Assembly (NCBI RefSeq): GCF_001194135.2
Contig: NC_068990.1
Location: forward strand, 84,524,176-84,588,175
Source of the DNA: Octopus bimaculoides
Taxonomy: Eukaryota
Length of the DNA stretch: 64,000 nucleotides
Reading direction: 5' to 3'
Every line of letters starts with the position of its first letter. The first letter of the stretch is position 1. The notes beneath the pieces were generated by a model that was not told the origin of the DNA, searched no databases, and was given only the letters and a program-made list of their open reading frames with translations. This document shows, piece after piece, positions 25,731-35,665 of this stretch. The position numbers and the translations under genes were made by a program.

Positions 25731-25955
25731 GGCAGTGAGCTGGTAGAAACTTTAGCACGCCGGGTGAAATGCTTAGCGGTATTTCATCTACCGCTACGTT
25801 CTGAGTTCAAATTCCGCCGAGGTCGACTTTGCCTTTCATCCTTTCGGGGTCGATAAATTAAGTACCAGTTACGCACTGGGGTCGATGAATTCGACTTAAT
25901 CCCTTGTTTGCCCCCTCTATGTTTAGCCCCTTGTGGGCAGTAAAGAAATAAGAAA
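25731..25955 (+). mobile_element. Young family C SINE (tail variant 1) with ~18-bp TSD
   Basis: AGAAATTCACACACACGG at 25715-25732 and 25951-25968; tRNA-like head with GAGTTCAAATTCC B-box. Confidence 0.9.
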
Positions 25956-26326
25956 TTCACACACACGGGTACATGTATATTATACATGTGCAGTTTACTG
26001 GACATCATGCTACCAGTGGTGTGCTATGTCTGTGACCAAGATGGTTAAAACCTGGCTTACTCAGTCCACCTGGCTGTAAATAGTGACCACAGCATCACAC
26101 AGAACTTCTAAAACAGTATATCTAGCAAATATCCAAGGCCTGGTGGTGTTATTAAACAGAGGAACAAATTAAGTCTATCTACCCAAGAGGGGAACAATCG
26201 CTCTTGTAGGCTTCTACTGCTCTGAGTCAACAAATATAAATCAACACGCATATACACTCACGCATAAATTTCTGTCGATCCATTTTCATTCATAAGGCTT
26301 GGAATGGCCTGGGACTAATGTAGAAC

Positions 26327-26794
26327 GGTGGAGGTGCAATGGCCCAGTGGTTAGGGCAGCGGACTCGCGGTCATAGGATCGCGGTTTTGATTCCCAGACC
26401 GGGTGTTGTGAGTGTTTGTTGAGCGAAAACACCTAAAGCTCCACGAGGCACCGGCAGAGGGTGGTGGCGACCCTTGTTGTACTCTTTCGCCCCAACTTTC
26501 TCTCACTCTTACTTCCTGTTTCTGTTGTGCCTGTAATTNNNNNNNNNNGCTCCACGAGGCACCGGCAGAGGGTGGTGGCGACCCTTGTTGTACTCTTTCG
26601 CCCCAACTTTCTCTCACTCTTACTTCCTGTTTCTGTTGTGCCTGTAATTCAAAGGGTCAGCCTTGTCACACTGTGTTACGCTGAATATCCCTGAGAACTA
26701 CGTTAAGGGTACACGTGTCTGTGGAATGCTCAGCCACTTGCACGTCAATTTCACGAGCAGGCCAATTTCACGACGGAGTGCCAACAAAAACAAC
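26327..26794 (+). mobile_element. tRNA(Arg)-like SINE family D with 10-bp TSD, nested in a family B head
   Basis: AATGTAGAAC at 26317-26326 and 26795-26804; head TGGCCCAGTGGTTAGGGCAGCGGACTCGCGG; contains a 10-N gap with an artefactual duplication. Confidence 0.9.
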
Positions 26795-27542
26795 AATGTA
26801 GAACACACTTGCTCAAGGTACCATGTTGTAGAATTGAACCCAAAGCACATGATTATGAAGTAAACTCATTAACTACAGTAGTTATGCATTTTTCCCTAAA
26901 CTAATGACTATGGTACTTTTACCTTTCAGCCATTTATAAAGAACAAATATTCATAGCAACACTAAAGTAAAAATTGATAGAAATACACTTAAAATGGTTA
27001 TATCTCAGAAGTAGAAAATATTTTAATAAAAGACCAACAAAAAAAAAAAATGGTTGGTAGAAACTTGTAGTATACAAAGTGGAGTAATCACCAGACAATT
27101 AAGCATCATTAATGAATAAATTGGCAAGTAGATCAAAGTTAAATGTCTAATTAACATTATACAAGAGCTATAATTAACATAACCTGCTTTATGTAGTATT
27201 TTTATTTTTTCAAAGACAGCGGAAGACAGAATCATTAGGAATTGAACCAAAAGGAAAGTGATAGAGAGAGGAAAAGAAAAAAGTTTTACTACCAACATTG
27301 CATCATTGAAGTTTTGTGCCAGCATTCATCATTTGGAAATAACCTGATTTTACCATTCTGTTCAATACAGATTCATCTTGTAGCCAACATTCCCACCAGC
27401 TGTGATTCCTCAATCTTTTTGTAGATCTAGGACTACATTATCAAATGTGCCCTTTCTTTTTTTAAAGAAGACATGATGTAATTTGTGGGAATTTGGCTGC
27501 TATTTCTAACATTGAGCAACTTATATACGGGTTCTTTGTTGG

Positions 27543-27767
27543 CTTGTTGTTGTTGTTGTTGTTGTTGTGGCGGTGGTGGTGTGTTATTGTCGTTGTTGCT
27601 GCAGGTGGTAATACTGACAATGTTATTACTGTAGCTTTTGTTGTTGATGATGCAGGTGGTGATGATGATGATGGTGATGATAATGACAACAATGATGACA
27701 ACAATGATGACGACAACAATGATGATGACAACAACAATGATGATGACAACAACAATGATGATGGTGT

Positions 27768-27805
<38 letters not shown>
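27543..27805. repeat. Compound (GTT)n/(GAT)n/(AAC)n microsatellite
   Basis: Direct inspection; it is the source of the poly-D/N/M/S pseudo-ORFs in the track. Confidence 0.9.
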
Positions 27806-27888
27806 GCAGCATCAGTGACAGTGGAGCTAGGATGGCTGAATACTCATCATAATAAAAGTTATAATTACAACAAAGAGAACAGACTTAC

Positions 27889-27974
27889 CCAGCATGGGGC
27901 ATCATTTTCAAAGCAAGACTTCGGCTGATGCAGAATCCAGCACCACCAGTTGCAAACCAAAATTCAATTTTCTT
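27889..27974 (-). CDS. fng: Fringe exon ([29 protein letters not shown])
   Basis: 86 bp, tttgcag acceptor, gtaagt donor; signature [11 protein letters not shown](I/L)SR.LALKM. Confidence 0.97.
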
Positions 27975-30722
27975 CTGCAAAAAAAAAAATAAGAGAAAGG
28001 AATGAAAATGACAAACAAAAGAAGGAAGTTGTTCAGACATTAGACATCTCATTAGAGACAGAGTTAAGTAAAAGTTGCAGCGAGAGAAGGGAAAAGACGA
28101 GCTGTAGGACATTTGCATAAAATGCACATCACCATCATCGTCATTTAATGTCCATGTTCCATGGTGGCATGGGTTGGACAGTTTGACAGGATTTGATGAG
28201 TCCAAGAACTGCTTTGTGTTTCAGTGTCTGCTTCAGCATGGTTTCCACAGCTGGATGCCCTTCCTAATGTCAACCACTTTACAGCATGTACCGGGTGCTT
28301 TATTCATGTCACAGGCACCAGTGAGGTCAACATACAACTTGCAAGACTACAAAACTATGACAGGGGAGGTTTTATGCTAAGAGATGAGTGTGACAGAAGG
28401 GACCAAAGCAGAACAGGTTTCTTGCTGTAAAGAAACTACAAGACTACTCATGTTTCAGAAGATGGGAATGATTGAGTAGAAAAGATAAAAGATAATGGTG
28501 ATGAAATGTCTGGATGGACCCTCAAGGTACATGTGTGGGGACAGAGGAACTAAGAGTGTGTAAGGGGGTGGAGGTTGCAAGAATGTATTTATATACACAT
28601 AAACACATCAGCTTATCCCATAAGTAATGTCCAAAATCTGACATCTGTAAGTTGGATTGATGTGTTTGTCAATTTAAAATACTTAAGTAGCAGTGATACA
28701 TATTACCATGACCTTGTGTGTTTGTCAAGTAGTCTATGTCATTACAGTATGTATTAGTCAGTTCAGTTACTGCTTTGACTCTCTTAAAGACAGACCAGTC
28801 CACAAAGCATTTAAGGCAGATAATACTTTATGAGTTGATGAAAGACAATAATGCAACGGAAGCAATCTGAAATATCCATAGTGTTTATGGGAAGGATTAC
28901 TTAACTCAAAAAATTAATTGAAGATAGTTTAAAAGGTCGAGGGTGGTTTCAGTTTAAAAGTTACTCCACAAACAGGTTATCCTGTTCAGTTTAATGACAA
29001 CCTGCTTTTGTCAGAACTTGGGTGAAATAGTAATGTTTGTAACTGAAGATTCAGCTTTGAAGCTGAATTCAAGTCCTTCAACAATTTGCAGGCATTTGTA
29101 ATGGCTTAAAAATGTGCCTAAACTTGGAAAATGGATTCCTCATAGCAGTGAAGGCAATCCACTTTGAAAAACAGTTTTGGCATCCAGAGTAGTAGGTCAC
29201 TTGCCAGCACTTGTTTAACTCACCAGCAATATCCTACAAAGAGCAGATGCCTTTCCCTTATAATGGTGGAAACAAGCAGATCTCCACACAGTTGGTTTTT
29301 TGCTGGGATGAGTTCTCCATGATATAAAATCCAAGTTGATTTTTTTTTTTGTCACAATATTTTGGTAAAAAGTACATCGTATACACTACTAAATATGGCA
29401 ATATTACTTTAATAATTATAGCAAAAATGAGAGAACTTCAGTTTTATCTGACCTCCTCAGTGAAATATATTTGATGAAGTATTTATGATAAGATATGATA
29501 GGATCACTAAGTAGGTGCACTTAAGACTTAAGAAAAACAGAATAATTAACATATTTAAGAAAATATGCCAATGACATGAATATCTCAAGGGCATCATCTG
29601 CATGAAAGACAATAGTTAAGTTAGTGCTATATACTTAATGTATTAAATATGTAATCAGAAATATTTGTACAATGAAGAAGCATCTTTAATTTAGATGCAG
29701 TGATATATGTTTAGTCCACAGGTTTGCTTCTGAAACAAGTGGTTTCTGGTTAAATCCTACTGTATGGTACTTGGTGGGTTGTCTTCTGATATATCAGTGA
29801 GCCAACCAAGGCCTTGCTAGTAGATTTAGTGGATGGAAGTTGAAAGAAGCTTGTTGTGTGTGTATGTGTGAATATGTATGTTTATGTGTGCACAGTTATT
29901 GTTCTAGTGGTTAGCAGAAACATTTGAGCCTTGGGAAAAATGCTGAGCCCTTACTTTCTAACTTCAAATTCCACCAAGGTCAACTTTGATTTTTATCCTT
30001 TAAGGATTCATAAAATAAAGCACCAGTCAAATACTGNNNNNNNNNNNNNNNNNNNNNNNNNNNNNNNNNNNNNNNNNNNNNNNNNNNNNNNNNNNNNNNN
30101 NNNNNNNNNNNNNNNNNNNNNNNNNNNNNNNNNNNNNNNNNNNNNNNNNNNNNNNNNNNNNNNNNNNNNNNNNNNNNNNNNNNNNNNNNNNNNNNNNNNN
30201 NNNNNNNNNNNNNNNNNNNNNNNNNNNNNNNNNNNNNNNNNNNNNNNNNNNNNNNNNNNNNNNNNNTATATATATATATATATGATAATTATATATACCT
30301 AAACGTATTGTGAATAACAACTATTCAAGTATACAGTGAATGTCACTTTTTTTTTTTACTTTTCTAACCTTAAGCATAGCGAAAAGAAATCAAATGTCCT
30401 AGATATGACATTCCCATGAGCTGAGTCACAAAAATTACTGAGGACTTTGACAGAGATTAAGAACAGCCAGATGATTAAAGAGATTGTGACTTTGACTAGC
30501 AATGATCATTTTTATTTATGCACTCTTTCCATATGTAATAAGAGAAGCTACAGCTGGTTAAATGACCCTCAGTATATATTACATTCTCAGTTCATTGATT
30601 TCAACAAAAACTGAAGAGAAAAGTTGAACTGGGCAGAATTTAAATGCATAGCACGAAGGGACATAACTAAAGACTGTTTTAAAATGGTTAAGTGTATTTA
30701 ATGGGTAGAGAGTATCAAATAA

Positions 30723-30758
<36 letters not shown>

Positions 30759-32091
30759 TGGTGAAAGTAAATAGATTGACTGACAGACAGTAATAGTTCT
30801 GCACTAGATATGCTAGTGCATAGTTAATTAGAGACAAATATATAGTGGATAGACAGCTAAGTTAGTGTTAACATATTTAAAACAAGGGACATTAAATAAC
30901 TAAGTATATCATCATCATCATCATCATCGTTTAACGTCTGCTTTCCATGCTAGCATAGGTTGGACGATTTGACTGAGGACTGGTGAACCAGATGGCTGCA
31001 CCAGGCTCCAATCTGATCTGGCAGAGTTTCTACAGCTGGATGCCCTTCCTAACACCAGCCACTCCGAGAGTGTAGTGGGGCAACAGCCATGCTCAAAATA
31101 GTGTTTTTTATGTGCCACCTGCACGGGAGCCAGTCCAGCGGCACTGGAATGACCTCGCTCAAATGATTTTCTAATGTGCCACCAGCACAAGTGCTAGAAG
31201 GTGATGCTGGTAACGACCTCGCTCAAATGGTGCTATTTACGGGCCACTAGCACGAAGAAAAATAGATAGATTGACATATAAAGTGATAGTTAAGTTAGTG
31301 TTAACATATCTAATGTGTGGAACATTAAACGTTTAACTAAAATATATGGTGATGAAAGATAAGACAGACAGTTAAGTGAAGATTATTATAACTGTTGCAT
31401 GAAACATAAAAAAAAAGACTATTATTAAATGAAGAAGAAACGACATTAATCAATGTATAATATTATTTTACCTATATCATTTATATCAACAAGTATGGGA
31501 GACAACTTGACATGTTTCCGCCTTACTAGACCTCATCAGTGAAACATAGGCTTCAGCATACATGCTGAAGTGGTGATGAGAGAATCAGTAAATAGATGTG
31601 CTACTAAGTACACAGGTAGGCATGAAAAATTAGTATATTTTAAAAATAAATGTGAGCTTAATTTTTTTGGGATGCCATCTGCATATAACAATACTTAAGT
31701 TAGTTTCAATATTTAATGGAATAAACATTAAAATAATTATACAGCAAGGATAAAATATTATTCAGAGTCAAATATTGTTGTATAAGAGACAAATCTAGAC
31801 ATGTTTTGGTTTTATTACGCCCTCATCAGCTCAGTACAGATTTTACCATTCATAATGAAATAGAGACAGAAGAATCACTAAGTGACTCTATAAAACAGTA
31901 CATTGGTTTGGTATAGTTTAGTGTGAAGTCATAGCACAAATTTTTTTCCCTTCATAGTTTTTAGCTTTGCCCCATGTAGAAATCGCACCCCAGATTTATC
32001 AGTTAAAATCAAGTATAAATATAGTGCAACTTATGCACAAGTAAATATGATACTTTTAAACATATATATGAAAGGAAACTAGTGAACTTAC

Positions 32092-32239
32092 TCCTGGTTG
32101 GTTTATGTCCATAATTTGCAACGGATGCTTAAGGCTAAGTTTTCCAAGATACCAGTCTTGAGTATGATTATATTTTTGAAGGAGAGTAACCAGCTTTGGT
32201 ACATTCACATATGTATCATCATCAACATGACAAAACCAC
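32092..32239 (-). CDS. fng: Fringe exon with DxD motif ([50 protein letters not shown])
   Basis: 148 bp, tctag acceptor, gtaagt donor; WFCH.DDD.YVN signature. Confidence 0.97.
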
Positions 32240-32574
32240 CTAGACAGGGATAAATAGAAACAAATAATTGAATATATAAATAAAAGCAAGAAAGAACATA
32301 TTTTGGCGAGATACTATTAAGAATCTCAAATGGAATAATTACATATTTCCTTAACTAAGGGCAGTTTGTTAATAATCAAGAAGACATTCAGTCGTCAAAT
32401 CTCTAATTATATACAGCACACACACACACACGAACACACACACACGAACGCATACATACATATATATACATTAAATATATATATATACAGACACATATAT
32501 GTATACTATACATACATTTATGCACATGCTCTAATAATTCAGAATACCGAGTCTGTTTCCATAAAGCAAATAAT

Positions 32575-32577
32575 AAC

Positions 32578-32630
<53 letters not shown>

Positions 32631-32631
32631 G
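32575..32631. repeat. (AAT)n microsatellite
   Basis: Direct inspection. Confidence 0.95.
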
Positions 32632-32900
32632 ATATAAAAAGGGGAACTTGACACGACGATCAGTCGGACGCTGACACTCGTTGATGCTGCATCGAAGAGG
32701 CCAGGGAATAGAAGAAAGAAGACATGCACCCAACATCAGAGCTGAAGACACCTCCGAAAGGAGGGGCCCCGCCACGTCAAAACGGTAGAGGAGTAGGGGC
32801 CGAAACCGGACGTGGTTCCTCCTGATGATGTCTTCAGCTAACTGGATCCTATAAAGGAGCTGTTGTGGTGGCAGACCACGAAACATGGTTGAAATTCCTT
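32632..32900 (+). other. GC-rich structured island with hammerhead-like motifs (possible Penelope-like/retrozyme remnant)
   Basis: CTGAAGA(32742)...GAAAC(32802) and CTGATGA(32822)...GAAAC(32880), plus several perfect helices. See findings. Confidence 0.4.
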
Positions 32901-32904
32901 CCTT

Positions 32905-33116
32905 TTTTACTATAGGCACAAGGCCTGAAATTTTGGAGGATGGGACTAGTCGATTATATCAACCCTAGTATTTTCACTGGTACTTAATTTATCGAACCCG
33001 AAAGGATGAGAGGCAAAGTTAACACCGGCGGGATTTGAACTCAGAACATAGTAATAGACAAAATACCGCTAAGCATTTCACCCAGCATGCTAACAATTCT
33101 GCCAGCTTACCACCTT
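32905..33116 (-). mobile_element. Family C SINE, tail variant 2
   Basis: Close match to 8038-8252; followed by (AAT)n. Confidence 0.85.
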
Positions 33117-33139
33117 AATGATAATAATAATAATAAAAA

Positions 33140-33686
33140 AATTCCCTAATGCAATACCAGGCACTGGCTCTCATGGCTTCTGATTGGAAGTGTTATCATG
33201 TACATGTTTTGTTTTGGTGTAAAAGATGGGCTACAGCAAATCTTCTGCTCAAAACCACAGATTTGCTTGTCAGTTGCTTGACCTTAACCAGTTGAGCATG
33301 TCCCTCAGTGGGTGACAATATGCGCATCTCTGATCACGAGCAGAAATAGTTGGGGAGCATCGCAGCCATACATTGAGAGGAATTCTTTGGAGTTTGAATA
33401 ATTCACCTCAGGAAACTTGGGTGCTTTGTTCAACATCCTTAAACAACCCTTATTTGGGGATCTTTTGAGCGGGATGGGCTACTCAACCTGAGAAAATTCT
33501 AACTGGGCCTTACCCGCAAGATCATGTGCTGTTTATCTAGACATGAGATCACCATGTCGCGCACATATGGTTGTGATGCATGTACCTGGTGTACCCTTAT
33601 CAGACGGGTAGTCATGATGGGTATATTGGGCTTTGTATATTTATACTCCAGTGTCACTTTGATGGCATGTGCTACTCTCTCACTCA
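33140..33686. mobile_element. Unclassified ~550-bp probable interspersed element between two (AAT)n arrays
   Basis: Sharp compositional block (higher GC, contains CpG) bounded by (AAT)n on both sides; no credible ORF; only one copy in the window, so repeat status is inferred. Confidence 0.4.
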
Positions 33687-33689
33687 ATA

Positions 33690-33725
<36 letters not shown>

Positions 33726-34218
33726 TTGAGGGTGGGAAAATATATCTAGTTGAAATGATACCAATATATTACTGGTACTTGGATTAATAACTCTTGATGA
33801 AAGACAGTGTAGGTTGATCTCACTGCAATGTGAACTCAGAACTGTAAAGGGCTGTGAAAATACATTAACAGAGCATTGCAGTATCAAACCCATCTGCATT
33901 ACCCTAGCCCATCCAAAAAGCACTGAACCAATGAGGAAGTCCCTTTGAAGTTGCAGAACCTACCAAGAATAGCAACCAGATCTTTCTCAAATCACAGTTT
34001 ACCATTAAAAAAAAACACATTAAATAATGTAATCCAAGATATTCTGACTATCCCATCAAATGATTTTAGGTAGAGTGTATCCTGGACTATACTATACAAT
34101 ATGTTCTTCCTTTTCTAAAGATGGTGGGGCATCATTTTAGGAAGAATTTGATTTTATTTCTAAAAGATCAAGCAATAATCACCCTGTATAGCTATATATT
34201 ATGACTGATTTTTGAGAC

Positions 34219-34249
<31 letters not shown>

Positions 34250-34315
34250 AAATTACTGCTACTACTAATACTACCTGTCATGCAAGTGCTTGGTTTGTTT
34301 TTTAAGATCACAAAT

Positions 34316-34700
34316 TTAACAGGAGTGTGAGTGTATATGTGTATGAGACAGAAAAATATTACGTATGTGCATATCTATGAGAGAGGGGGAGGTAAATAGA
34401 GAGAGAGAGAGAGAGAGAATGGAATGGAGCAAGAGAGAGGGAAAGAGAAAATAGAGAGTTAGTAATAGGATATAAAAGGGAGAGAAGGTGTATCTGAAAA
34501 AGAGAGAGAGGGGGGTATATGATAGCAAAAAGAGAGCATATATAAAAGAGAGAAGGAGAGGAGTTGGGTGAGTGAGAGAGAGTGAGTGAGTGAGTGTAGG
34601 TATGTGTGTGAATACACAAGGAAGAAAGAGAAAGAAAGAGACTGTGTGGGAGGGAATGAGAGAGGGAGACAGTATGTCTGAAAGTGAGAAAGTAAAGAGG
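34316..34700. repeat. Purine-rich (GA/AG) low-complexity tract
   Basis: Direct inspection; a pyrimidine-rich tract of opposite composition lies at about 38460-38810. Confidence 0.8.
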
Positions 34701-35622
34701 TATCTATTATAATCCATTCAGTCAATTGATCCATTCATAACATTGTTATATATAAAGTTTTTCACACTCAGCATTAAGCATTCTTATAGTTTTCCCTTTA
34801 TCAAATAATTGTCACATTTACTGATCTGACAAGTGCTGCCAAACAAACATGACTTCTGCTTGGAGTGTTAACAAGAATTTTGTTCTCTCACTCTCTCTGT
34901 TTGTGTGTATACATGTGTGTGTGTATATGTTTGTGTGTATATATATATATATATATAAACAAATAGTAAATGAGTATATGCATGTATACGTACAGGTATG
35001 TGCATACCGACATCCACCTGTATGTATAGGTGCATATCTGGGTACAGGACATTGCAAACAAAACAGAGACGAGAAAACACACAAGCCACATATATATATA
35101 NNNNNNNNNNNNNNNNNNNNNNNNNNNNNNNNNNNNNNNNNNNNNNNNNNNNNNNNNNNNNNNNNNNNNNNNNNNNNNNNNNNNNNNNNNNNNNNNNNNN
35201 NNNNNNNNNNNNNNNNNNNNNNNNNNNNNNNNNNNNNNNNNNNNNNNNNNNNNNNNNNNNNNNNNNNNNNNNNNNNNNNNNNNNNNNNNNNNNNNNNNNN
35301 NNNNNNNNNNNNNNNNNNNNNNNNNNNNNNNNNNNNNNNNNNNNNNNNNNNNNNNNNNNNNNNNNNNNNNNNNNNNNNNNNNNNNNNNNNNNNNNNNNNN
35401 NNNNNNNNNNNNNNNNNNNNNNNNNNNNNNNNNNNNNNNNNNNNNNNNNNNNNNNNNNNNNNNNNNNNNNNNNNNNNNNNNNNNNNNNNNNNNNNNNNNN
35501 NNNNNNNNNNNNNNNNNNNNNNNNNNNNNNNNNNNNNNNNNNNNNNNNNNNNNNNAGTTAATGATCCCCTAAGGTAAGTTCTTATGCTATATTGGTAACG
35601 GTTGCTACATCCTCTGGAAAAT

Positions 35623-35665
<43 letters not shown>

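Noticed and set aside
26438-26649. Identical 101-bp tandem duplication inside SINE D
   Set aside because: The two copies sit on either side of a 10-N gap and the other D copies lack it, so it is most likely an unmerged contig overlap.
32740-32840. HDV-like ribozyme on the minus strand of the GC island
   Set aside because: The P1-P2-L3(UCCUC)-P1'-P2' order is suggestive, but P4 and the J4/2 catalytic C-x-A strand are missing and P1 does not start with G.
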